DNA of 64,000 bases, taken from assembly GCA_963782055.1 (NCBI GenBank), contig CAWAIF010000003.1, positions 2,496,001 to 2,560,000 of the forward strand, given 5' to 3'. The notes beneath the pieces are model-generated. The model was not told the DNA's origin and searched no databases. It saw nothing but the letters and a program-made list of their open reading frames with translations. Of this stretch, positions 30,201-40,493 are shown piece after piece (the first letter of the stretch is position 1; every line of letters begins with the position of its first letter). This DNA comes from an uncultured delta proteobacterium (lineage in GTDB: Bacteria; Myxococcota_A; Polyangia; Polyangiales; Polyangiaceae). A program made the translations under genes and the position numbers.

Positions 30201-31047
30201 CGACCTCGTGGTCAACACGACGGACCCGAACCTCGCTCCGCCGCCCTTTCACGTGAAGCTGCAGGGCGAGGCGGGCTGGGGTGACGGCACCACGCACGAC
30301 CTCGACGCCCTCCCTCTGCCGGCGGCTCTCAACCCGGCCCAGATCGCGAGCGTCACCGTCACCCTGTTCGAGAACGGCCAGGGCGGCTCGCACGCCGACA
30401 ACTGGGACCTCGGCGGCATACAGGTCCGGCTCGGCACGGCGCAGCCGGGCGCGGCGTGGGGGTGCCTCGTCGACGTGAGCGGCAACGGGAGCTGCGATGC
30501 GAACCAGCCGAGCTGTCACTCGGGCACCCTCGGCAACACGAGCGACACGGGCGCCGCGCGGCTCAGCGAGACGGTGAGCGACAGCGGCCAGGGGCCGTCG
30601 GCGACGTTCCTCATTGCGAACGAGGGCTGCGCAGCGTGGAACCCGGGGCCGGCGCAGCAGCCCTTCGACTCGATCGAGGTCGTGGTGGACACCTCCGACG
30701 ACGACCTCGGGAGCGGCGACCAGCTCGATTTCCGCGTCTTCGACAGCACGAACACGCAGAAGGCCTTCCAGCCTCTCCATAACTCCGGGGCGGCGAAGTT
30801 CGACAACAACACGGAGCACTCAGTTCGCGTCGCGGTGCCGCAGCTCCCGTCTTCCGCGGTGGATCACCTCACCCTCGCGCTCTCCAACGAGGGGAACGAC
30901 GAGTGGCACGTGAACGGCATCTCCATCTTCGGCCGCCGCATCATCGCGGGCGGCCAGGACACGTGCCTCTACCGCTCGACGGGGAAGATCGTCATGAACA
31001 GCGGGCTTTCCACCTTGACCCTGTCGCGCGGGAGCGGGTGCCCCTGA
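27237..31047 (+). CDS. S53 (sedolisin/kumamolisin) serine protease lipoprotein, multidomain; ATG out of frame at the current repeat number
   Basis: Pro-domain DVSNPHSPNYRHF; catalytic EAALD, SSGDYG and GTSLSAP; GYDLATGWGSP. N-terminal beta-helix-like region and C-terminal repeats with DNWDL/DEWHV; lipobox WGASC. Confidence 0.9.
27241..27325 (+). repeat. Pentanucleotide microsatellite (CGCCT)x17 directly after ATG-T
   Basis: 17 perfect copies starting 4 nt after the A of ATG at 27237. Confidence 0.97.
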
Positions 31048-31057
31048 GGGCGCGGCG

Positions 31058-31426
31058 ATGAAGGCCTCACCGGTCGGCTCTCGCCTGGTCACGGCCGCGG
31101 TCGTCTCCGCGCTGCTCGGATGCGGCGCCCGGACCGAGCTGGAGAGCCCGGAACTCGCCGCGACCGCGACGGCGGATGCCGGAGCGGACGGCGCCTCCGA
31201 TGCAGGTGCTGGCGTGGACGGTAGTGGTGGTGACGGAGGCGGTGGGCCCATCTACTGCGGGTACTATGTCGGCCCGGTGGACTACTGCCCCGACGGCTGG
31301 GCCATGCGCTGCTCGCCGGGACGGGAGTGCCTCTACAATATTGGGCACGATGGCCTCTGGGGGTGCTGCACCCCAGAGAACAACTGCCTCTACGGAAGCC
31401 CCGGCGATGGGTACACTTGCCCATAG
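31058..31426 (+). CDS. Small Cys-rich lipoprotein (family A, copy 1)
   Basis: Lipobox LLGC-GARTEL, DAG linker, 8 Cys in the C-terminal domain. Confidence 0.8.
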   Translation: MKASPVGSRLVTAAVVSALLGCGARTELESPELAATATADAGADGASDAGAGVDGSGGDGGGGPIYCGYYVGPVDYCPDGWAMRCSPGRECLYNIGHDGLWGCCTPENNCLYGSPGDGYTCP

Positions 31427-31506
31427 CGCATTGTGATGAGCCAGCGGCCCATCGATAATCGTGCCACTCGCGCAGTGCGGACGCGCACGTGTGATAGCCG
31501 ATCCCT

Positions 31507-32083
31507 TCACCCTCGCGCTCTCCAACGAGGGGAACGACGAGTAGCACGTGAACGGCATCTCCATCTTCGGCCGCCGCATCATCGCGGGCGGCCAGGACAC
31601 GTGCCTCTACCGCTCGACGCGGAAGATCGTCATGAACAGCGGGCTTTCCACCTTGACCCTGTCGCGCGGGAGCGGGTGCCCCTGAGGGGACGGCGATGAA
31701 GGCCTCACCGGTCGGCTCTCGCCTGGTCACGGCCGCGGTCGTCTCGGCGCTGCTCGGATGCGGCGCCCGGACCGAGCTGGAGAGCCCGGAGGTCACCGCG
31801 ACACCGCGACGGCGGACGCCGGAGCGGACGGCGCCTCCGATGCGGCTGCCGGCGTCGACGGCGGTGGTGATGCCGAGGGGGGCGGCCCCATCTACTGCGG
31901 CTACTACGTTGGTCCGGTGGACTACTGCCCCGACGGCTGGGCTATGCGCTGTCCGCCCGGCTCGCAGTGCCTCTTCGATGTGGGGCATAATGATCTGTGG
32001 GGCTGCTGCGATGTAAGCGGGCGTGTGTACGGCAACCCCGATAATCCATACCAGACCTGCCCGTAGCACATCGTGATGAGCCA
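31507..32083 (+). repeat. Tandem duplicate of 30869-31443 (protease 3' end plus Cys-rich lipoprotein)
   Basis: Near-identical at offset 638. The protease fragment has TGG changed to TAG; similarity ends at GTGATGAGCCA. Confidence 0.92.
31696..32066 (+). pseudogene. Small Cys-rich lipoprotein (family A, copy 2), +2 frameshift near 31800
   Basis: Same N-terminus as 31058; Cys domain continues in another frame with a diverged C-terminus. Confidence 0.75.
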
Positions 32084-33074
32084 ATCTCCTTCGGCATCAA
32101 TCAACCGCTACGTGAACCAGGGGCACTGCGACGACGGTGTGCAGGATCAGCCGGCCGCGGCCTTCGACACCACGGTGTTCCCGCCGCGGCTCTGGGTGGC
32201 GTGGCGGCACAACGGATCCGGAGGCACCTATGGTGCGTGCGTGCAGTATTTCGACATCGATCCCATCGCGAGAGCCGTCATTCCCTCGCCGAACCCTCCG
32301 CAGGAGGTGCAAAACCTGGACCGCACTCCGTTCTACGGCGTCGGTGGACTCATCGTTCGCGCGCAGAACAGTCGCGTCAGCCTCGTCTATTCGAACTCGG
32401 ATCACCACTGGGATTGCCCGACGTCGCCGGACAAGGAGATGAAGTGGTTCTCGGTGTCCTCGGATGACGCCGGGGTTAGCTGGACCCCGAGCAACCTGAT
32501 TCGCGACACGACGACCTTCGCCCCGTGCCTCGCCGCCAACAACATGAGCAACGAGATGCGCACCTTCGGCTTCATCAACGACAGCAGCGGCGACTACTAC
32601 GTCGCTCTCCCGGTGGCGAAGGATCAGATCGAGGTCTGGCGAAGCACGACGCAGGGGGACAGCTGGCTTCCTGGGCCGGTGTGGACGACGTTCGCGCGCG
32701 GTGGCTCGGGCTCGCGCGCGCAACCGTTCCTGGCTTCGGATGGTGCGTCTCGACTCGGGCTGATGTACTACGAGACCGACACCGCCACGGACACCAGGGT
32801 CACGCCGAGACTGGTGGCGGCGACGAACGCTGCGTCGGGCTTCTGGGACCCGCCGCAGGCGGCCGGCTCGAGCTTCGTCATCGACACGGCGGCGGGGCCG
32901 TGCAGCCAGAACACGCAGCAGTGCCGCACACTCGGGGACTACGCCGGGATCGCTGCGAGGGTGAAGAATACCCGCGGGCCGACGTATCTCCCGGCGTGGA
33001 CGGCGTTTCCGCCGGGGCGACCCAACGTCGTCGGTGAGGAGCGCGCGACGGCCGTTGCTGCTACCGTCAACTGA
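32073..33074 (+). CDS. BNR/sialidase-like beta-propeller protein, probably an N-terminally truncated (orphan) fragment
   Basis: Asp-box-like SDDAGVSW and STTQGDSW, plus LGDYAGIA. No signal peptide; starts at the duplication junction. Confidence 0.65.
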   Translation: MMSQSPSASINRYVNQGHCDDGVQDQPAAAFDTTVFPPRLWVAWRHNGSGGTYGACVQYFDIDPIARAVIPSPNPPQEVQNLDRTPFYGVGGLIVRAQNSRVSLVYSNSDHHWDCPTSPDKEMKWFSVSSDDAGVSWTPSNLIRDTTTFAPCLAANNMSNEMRTFGFINDSSGDYYVALPVAKDQIEVWRSTTQGDSWLPGPVWTTFARGGSGSRAQPFLASDGASRLGLMYYETDTATDTRVTPRLVAATNAASGFWDPPQAAGSSFVIDTAAGPCSQNTQQCRTLGDYAGIAARVKNTRGPTYLPAWTAFPPGRPNVVGEERATAVAATVN

Positions 33075-33475
33075 TGCGGACGCTGATCATCGCGACGTGC
33101 CTCCTCGGGATCTGCCACTGCGGGCGCGTCGCCGGTGACGACAACGCCACCGGAGATGCCGCAGGTGACCAGGCACCGGCGGGGCCCTGGGACTGCGGTG
33201 ACGCGGGCCTCCCCAAGTTCCCCGCGCCGTGCGATGATCCGGCGGCGTGTCAGGCATGGCAGCAGTCCTTCATTCATCACGGGACGGTGCACACCATGTG
33301 CGGCGGCCTCTCAGGGGGGCTGCCAAAGTGCTGGGCGGCGGACCATGACGTCTCATCAGGGGGCTTCGACGACTACGAGTGCGGCAATGGACTGGGGTGC
33401 GCGGCCTTGCATCAGATCTGTGTGAGCGACACGCCTGGCGGGACACCTCATTGTGTGAAGCCGTGCAGTCAGTGA
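33074..33475 (+). CDS. Small Cys-rich lipoprotein (family B, copy 1)
   Basis: Signal ending CHC-G; PWDCGD, AACQAW, QICVSD...CVKPCSQ. Start overlaps the upstream stop. Confidence 0.75.
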   Translation: MRTLIIATCLLGICHCGRVAGDDNATGDAAGDQAPAGPWDCGDAGLPKFPAPCDDPAACQAWQQSFIHHGTVHTMCGGLSGGLPKCWAADHDVSSGGFDDYECGNGLGCAALHQICVSDTPGGTPHCVKPCSQ

Positions 33476-33891
33476 CAGCCGTCCTCGCCCTCGTCGCGGG
33501 GTGCACCGCGCTCGGTTGCGGCGGGCGCATCGACGCCGCGACCGACGCCGGTGCTCCTGCCGATGGCGGCGCCGGTGAACCATGGGCGTGCGGGGATCTG
33601 GATGGCGCTCCGGAGGTCGTCCTCTGCACCGAGGGCGCCAAGGCGGCCTGCCAGACCTGGGCGCAATCTCTTGTCCATGATGGCGTGGCGCAGTCGGCCT
33701 GCGTGGACGACGACGCCGCTGCATGGCCTCCGGTCGGCTGCGTGCCGGCGAGCGAGTGCCACCAGATCGCCCAGGACGTCTTCACTTGCAGCTGTGGCGA
33801 CCAGGGCGGCGCCTGCATCCTGGGTCGGCAGGTGTGCGTGAGCGATGGACTGGCGCCGCATGGGCGCTGCGTTCCGGCGTGCAGTCAATGA
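33472..33891 (+). CDS. Small Cys-rich lipoprotein (family B, copy 2)
   Basis: GTGA overlap; lipobox ALGC; PWACGD, AACQTW, QVCVSD...CVPACSQ (paralog of 33074). Confidence 0.75.
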   Translation: MTAVLALVAGCTALGCGGRIDAATDAGAPADGGAGEPWACGDLDGAPEVVLCTEGAKAACQTWAQSLVHDGVAQSACVDDDAAAWPPVGCVPASECHQIAQDVFTCSCGDQGGACILGRQVCVSDGLAPHGRCVPACSQ

Positions 33892-34398
33892 GCGCCGATG
33901 AGCTTGCGCACGCCTGCCCGATGGCCCATGCTCGCGTGAGAATGTACTGAGGTGGCGGCCCGCGGGCGAGCTCGCGACGCCGCGGCAAGCCAGGCGAGCG
34001 AGATCCTCCAGCCGACCAGGGAGCGCCCTGCCAGTGGCCGCCAGGAGGGAAATGCTGCGAGGGGACGGACTGCCCGTGGACCGGCAGGGCCGCGGCCAGT
34101 ACTTCCACGCACCTTCGTGGCATGCAGTGCTGGTCGACGGCGCGCCCTCCGTGACTGGGGGAGCGCCTACTCGGTCGGCGACGCCGTGCTGGTCGTGGCG
34201 CTCGGCGCACCAGGAGGGTTGCTTTCCCACGACGTCCGCCGGTACTTCCCGCCCTGAATCCGCGACTCGCAACGAGGGTGCTCTGGCGCGCGTGACGAGC
34301 CACGACGAGGTCACGCCGATTTTGCGACGGAGTGACCTCTTCTCGGGCATCATAGACGTGGACCGACTGACCAGGAGGGAAGGGATGGCAGCCGACTT

Positions 34399-34433
<35 letters not shown>

Positions 34434-34508
34434 GGTGAGCGCGTGACCGCTCGGCGCGCGTCGGGAGCGTTCGCGACGCACCGTGCCCGGGCGCTCCACC
34501 CGAGCATC

Positions 34509-35125
34509 GTGGACGAGCCGATCCCGGTGCTCTGGTCGAGGACCACCTCCTCCTCGGGCGCGCGCTGAAGCGGCGCCTCTCGAGCTTCGCGGACGTGGCC
34601 ACGAGCGTCTGCACGACGGCGACTGCCGCGATCCGCGAGATCGAGCGGCGTGCCTTCGCGCTGATGATCGTCGACCTGGCGCTCGAGAGGGGCGCCGACG
34701 GGCTGCCCGTCCTCGATCGTGCTCGGGCCTTGCAGCCGGCAGCACCGGTGATCGTCCACAGCGGGCATCGCACGGCCTTCGGGGCAAAGGTCGCGGGACG
34801 CGGCGTGCCCTTCCACGACAAGCCGATGCCCGAGGAGGAGCTGCGCCGCGTACTCCTCTCCGCCGTCGAGGAATGGCTCCTCGCCAAGGGGCGAGTGGTC
34901 GATCTGGTCCACGCCATCGCCGAGGCTTCGGGCGTGGCACCGATGCCCCGTGTCGTGCTCTTTCACCTGATGCGGGGTCGCGGGGGCGACGAGATCGCGC
35001 TGCTCCTTGGCGTGACCGCGGAGACGGTGCGCTCGCACGTCGCGGCGCTGTACGAACGGCTCGCCGTGCACTCGATCGACCAGCTCATCCTGCGTACGGT
35101 CGCGCCGGTCCTCCGGCGTGCGTGA
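34509..35125 (+). CDS. Response regulator with LuxR-type HTH (frameshift near 34533)
   Basis: VL(L)VEDH, LMIVDLAL..GADGL, KP, and EIALLLGVTAETVRSHVAALYERL. Confidence 0.75.
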
Positions 35126-35148
35126 GCGGCCGAGCAGCCTGCGGGCGG

Positions 35149-35631
35149 CTACTTGAAGTCCTGCACCGCCCACACCTTGCCGTCCGGCAGCGTGGTGAAG
35201 CCGCAGGCGACCTTGGTGTACTTGGTGCTCGACATGTTGATGTAGTGCCCGTGCGTGGAGAAGTCGGAGCCCGGGCCCTCCGCCCACATCATCTTGAGGC
35301 AGCTGGGGATCATGGTGGAGGGCGGGCCGGGCCAGCCGGGGCACTCGTTCTGCGCCGACTCGCCGCACGCCTGGAAGGCGCCGTGGGCGGTGCCGGAGCT
35401 GGAGTCGCTCTTGGCCTGGCCGTCGGCGCACGACTCGCTGTCGGTCCAGCGCTGGTAGGGCGCGAGGCCGAGCGTCGCGCGGTACTGGTTGATGGTGTCG
35501 ACGCAGAGCTGCTCGGCGGTGCCGTCGCCGTTCTGCCCGGTCCCGCCGTCGCCGGTCGTGTCGTTGCTGCCGCCCCCGCCGCACGCCGCCACCAGCACGA
35601 CCGCCGCGACCATGCCGAACAGTTTGCGCAT
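35149..35631 (-). CDS. CAP/SCP-domain lipoprotein
   Basis: Lipobox LVAAC; CVDTINQYRA, AQNEC, GHYINMSS.KYTKVACG. Confidence 0.88.
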   Translation of the reverse strand: MRKLFGMVAAVVLVAACGGGGSNDTTGDGGTGQNGDGTAEQLCVDTINQYRATLGLAPYQRWTDSESCADGQAKSDSSSGTAHGAFQACGESAQNECPGWPGPPSTMIPSCLKMMWAEGPGSDFSTHGHYINMSSTKYTKVACGFTTLPDGKVWAVQDFK

Positions 35632-35668
35632 GGCCTCAGAGTAGCCCGGATGCGACATCGCATCCAAG

Positions 35669-35712
35669 CGGGGTCGGGGTTGGGGCTGGGGCTGGGGTCG
35701 GGGTCGGGGGGT
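35669..35712 (+). repeat. G-rich hexamer repeats (GGGGTC/GGGGCT)
   Basis: About 7 units; the same type recurs at 37868-37950. Confidence 0.85.
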
Positions 35713-35757
35713 TGAACTCGGGGGGACATGCTCGTCGCGCCCAGGGAATGGGCGGAC

Positions 35758-35901
35758 GCGAGGGGTCGCGTCTTGGTCGGTCACGCCTTTGCGCGCAGGA
35801 TTCCTGCCAGCGCTGGGCGCGGTGTGTGCACGATGCACGTATCGCACTGTCATGAATCCTGCGCGATGGGGGGCATGACCGACCAAGACACGACCCCTCG
35901 C
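35758..35901. repeat. 30-bp inverted repeat (28/30) whose right arm is the start of the four-helix-bundle gene
   Basis: 35758-35787 is the reverse complement of 35872-35901 with two mismatches. Confidence 0.9.
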
Positions 35902-35902
35902 T

Positions 35903-37420
35903 GGTCTCTGCTTAGCGGCCGGAAGACGGCCCGCGGCCCGGGCGTGACGTCGACCGTCGGAGGACTCGCCGGCTAGTGGGCAAAGACAGACGGAGGCGGC
36001 TTGCCGTGGAGGTGACTTTCGTACAGCCCGATGACGAAGCCCCGAAGCGGGAGCTGGCACTTGCGCCGCGTCTGCGTGATGCTCATCCAGTGCGCCAGGG
36101 TGGCGCTGCCGGCGGCCGAGCGCGTTCCGCCGGTCATCGCGCGGTGCCGCCCGTGGGCGCGGATGTCGCGTTCGGTCGCGTTGTTCGTGGCCGGGACGTC
36201 GGGGCGGTCGATGAAGAGCGTCACCCCCACCTTGTGCTCGTCGAGGCGCTCCTGCAGCCGGACGATGTCCGGGAACTCCACGAAGTTGGTGCTGCTGATG
36301 AGATGGCCGAGGCGGATGCGCGCGCCTCGGCGCTGCTCGGGATCGCCGCTCGCCGCGGCGTGCTTGCCCGCGACGTAGAAGCCGATGAGTCGGTCGCGGA
36401 ACTCCTCGGTCGCGGCGCACGGGGTGAGCTCGGCGATCTTCTTGGCCTCGCGGATGGTGTGCGCACCGCAGTAGGCGTGGGTCCAGCCGTCGTGACTCGT
36501 GTACACGCCGTAGAAGTCGGTGCACAGGACTCCTTTGAAGCTCGCGCCGAGCATCGACTCGGCGACCCACGCGCCGCGCGACAGCTCGGCGCGGAAGACC
36601 GAGACGCGGTCGGTGCGCATCAGCCACATCCAACCCGGCACGCCGTCCTGTCGATGGCCGCTCTCGTCGAGGCCCGCCACGGGCGATGCGCGCACCGCGT
36701 CGACCAGCTCGTCGTAGCTCGGCGCCGAGCGGCGTCGCAATCGGTCGAACATCTGCGCCAGGCCGCCGGTCGTGATCGAGATGCCGAGCCACTGTCCGAG
36801 GAACGCACTGATCTTGCCCAGCGGCATGTCGCGCTCGAAGCGCAGGTCCAGCGCCATCGCCTGCACGTTGGGGCCGAACGACACCGCGGCGACGCTCTTG
36901 CCCGCCGCCGGCGCGCCCGGCAGCTTCGCGACCACGCGCTTGTGGCACACCTCGCAGCTGCCGACGTGCGCCACGTGATGCGTCTGCCGCGGCTGCACCA
37001 CTGGGATGTCGGTGACGACTGTGCTGTCCGTCTCGCCCGTCGCCACGACTGCCCCGCCACAGCTGCACGTCGCCGGCATCTCGTGCACGACTTCGTCGTC
37101 GACGTGGGCCGGTGCGGCGGGCCGCGATCCGACATGGCCCACCTTGCGGCCGCGCGGCTTGCCCGAGGGCGCCCGCCGACCCTCGGAGCGCGACGTCCGC
37201 CGCTTCCCGCGCTCCCGGAACCCGCGCTTCCACTCCTCGATCTCCTTGCGCAGCTTCGCCAGCTCTTCGCGAAGCGCGGCGTTCTCCTGCTCCAGCTCCT
37301 GGATCCGCTGCTCGGGCGTCACGTGATCCGGGATGCTCCCGATCAGGTCCCATGGAAAGAACTTCTCGCATCAGGAACGAAGAATGGACCCACAGTGTGC
37401 GACACCGCTAAGCAGACACC
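35903..37420 (-). mobile_element. IS66-family (single-ORF) insertion sequence
   Basis: IRs GGTCTCTGCTTAGCGG / CCGCTAAGCAGACACC with flanking duplication CTCGCT (or CCCTCGCT if the right end is 37418). Confidence 0.9.
35973..37322 (-). CDS. IS66 transposase (TnpC-like)
   Basis: Coiled-coil N-terminus, CSCGG zinc finger, LDESG, TDFYGVY, CGAHTIRE, PATNNATERDIR. Confidence 0.93.
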   Translation of the reverse strand: MTPEQRIQELEQENAALREELAKLRKEIEEWKRGFRERGKRRTSRSEGRRAPSGKPRGRKVGHVGSRPAAPAHVDDEVVHEMPATCSCGGAVVATGETDSTVVTDIPVVQPRQTHHVAHVGSCEVCHKRVVAKLPGAPAAGKSVAAVSFGPNVQAMALDLRFERDMPLGKISAFLGQWLGISITTGGLAQMFDRLRRRSAPSYDELVDAVRASPVAGLDESGHRQDGVPGWMWLMRTDRVSVFRAELSRGAWVAESMLGASFKGVLCTDFYGVYTSHDGWTHAYCGAHTIREAKKIAELTPCAATEEFRDRLIGFYVAGKHAAASGDPEQRRGARIRLGHLISSTNFVEFPDIVRLQERLDEHKVGVTLFIDRPDVPATNNATERDIRAHGRHRAMTGGTRSAAGSATLAHWMSITQTRRKCQLPLRGFVIGLYESHLHGKPPPSVFAH

Positions 37421-37753
37421 CTCGCTCTCTTCCTCATCACAAGCTGGTGGCCTATCGGGTCGCGGTGGAGCTGCTCGTCGCGGTGCGGGCGGCTGGCGTG
37501 CGCGACGCGAAGCTGCGCGACGAGGCGATGCGCGCCGCGAAGAGCGCGTGCCTCAACGCGGCGGAGGGCGCGGGACGGGTGACGCGGCGGGACAAGGCGC
37601 GGGCGTTCGCGATCGCGCGAGGCGAGGCAGTCGAGGCGGTGGCTGCGGTGGAGATCGCCGCGGCGGCCGGCGAAGCGGACGTCGCTGCGGCCGCGCGGTG
37701 CGTGCGCATCGCTGATCGACTCGTGGCGCTGCTCACCGGCCTCACCCGGTGAC

Positions 37754-37950
37754 ACGCTCGCTCGCGCCTTCGCTCACGCCCACGCGCCCGCGCTCGCCCA
37801 CGCGCCCGCGCTCGCCCACGCGCCCGCGCTCGCCCACGCGCCCGCGCCCGCGCTCGCGGCACCTGGGCTGGGGCGAGGGTCGGGGTCGGGGTCGGGGTCG
37901 GGGCTGGGGTCGGGGCCTGGGAGTGGGACTGGGGGCTGGGGTTGGGGCTT
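37754..37950 (+). repeat. Tandem 18-mer (ACGCGCCCGCGCTCGCCC) followed by G-rich hexamer repeats, between convergent four-helix-bundle genes
   Basis: Directly visible; similar CGCGCCCGCGCTCGCCC units at 38634-38702. Confidence 0.85.
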
Positions 37951-38012
37951 CTTGGGACAGCCCTGCGCGATGGCGGAAGCCGGCGGCGTGCCGGCTCCCG
38001 CGCATCGCCCGC

Positions 38013-38336
38013 TCAGTGGCCGCCGACCAGACGCACCAGGGTGCCGAGCACGTGATCGAACCGCCCGCGCAGCTCGGGGTCGAGCTCGTCGACGTACCCG
38101 AGCGCCGAGGCGACCTCGAAACACGAGAGCACCTCGCGCAGCGACCCCAGCGCGTTGTGATAGCGCGCCTTCCGGTTGCGACCCTGCGAGTACATGCCCT
38201 CGCCCACGTTCAGCGGCCCGCTCGCCAGCGCCCTGCGACACTGCCGAGCCAGATCCGGATCGTGCCTCTCGAGCTGCCGCACCATCGGCGCCAGCGCACG
38301 CACCAGTTCGAGCAACACCGGGTAGATTCGAAGCAT
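38013..38336 (-). CDS. Four-helix-bundle protein (23S IVP/Avd-like)
   Basis: [28 protein letters not shown]...[11 protein letters not shown]...ALGY. Confidence 0.88.
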   Translation of the reverse strand: MLRIYPVLLELVRALAPMVRQLERHDPDLARQCRRALASGPLNVGEGMYSQGRNRKARYHNALGSLREVLSCFEVASALGYVDELDPELRGRFDHVLGTLVRLVGGH

Positions 38337-38741
38337 CGAGCAACTCCTTGTTCGCGCCCGCGCCCGCTGCGCGGGGGCACCCGCCCAACCCCGCCGCGCG
38401 CAGGAGTCCGCCGAGCCGTGCAGAGCGTAGCGGAGCACGGCGAGCTGCTCGCGGGGTGTCGGGGGCGGTGCCCCCCGACCACGAAGGCGAGCGACAGCGA
38501 GCACCGCCCGGAGCCGCGCGCAGGGCGCGAAGCGCCCGAGCACGGCGAGGACGGCCCCGGCCTTGCGGACTCCGAGCACGGCGGGACGCTGCCCTCCCCC
38601 CGAGCGAGCCCCTTCCTCTCCTCCCTCTCCCTCTCGCGCCCGCGCTCGCCCCCGCGTCCGCTCCCGCGCTCGCGCTCGCGCCCGCGCCCGCCCCCGCGCC
38701 CGGGCTTTGGTGCGGCGCGCATGAGTGCTAGGCCTTGGGCC

Positions 38742-40400
<1,659 letters not shown>

Positions 40401-40493
40401 CGAGCAGTTTTGGGACTGCGCTGTAGCTTAGCCTTGACGACCACTAGCTCCAAGCGTATTAAACCCCAGTACAACGTACCGCGGAGGTGGTGT

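Larger units (their letters stand above)
35875..37752 (+). pseudogene. Four-helix-bundle protein (23S IVP/Avd-like), interrupted after codon 9 by IS66
   Basis: The empty site reads MTDQDTTPRSLPHHKLVAYRVA...LRDEAMRAAKSACLNAAEG...FAIARGEAVE. Confidence 0.85.

Noticed and set aside
37749..38741. N-terminal extension of HutU (883-aa ORF)
   Set aside because: Consists of translated simple repeats and the antisense four-helix gene; HutU similarity starts at 38742.
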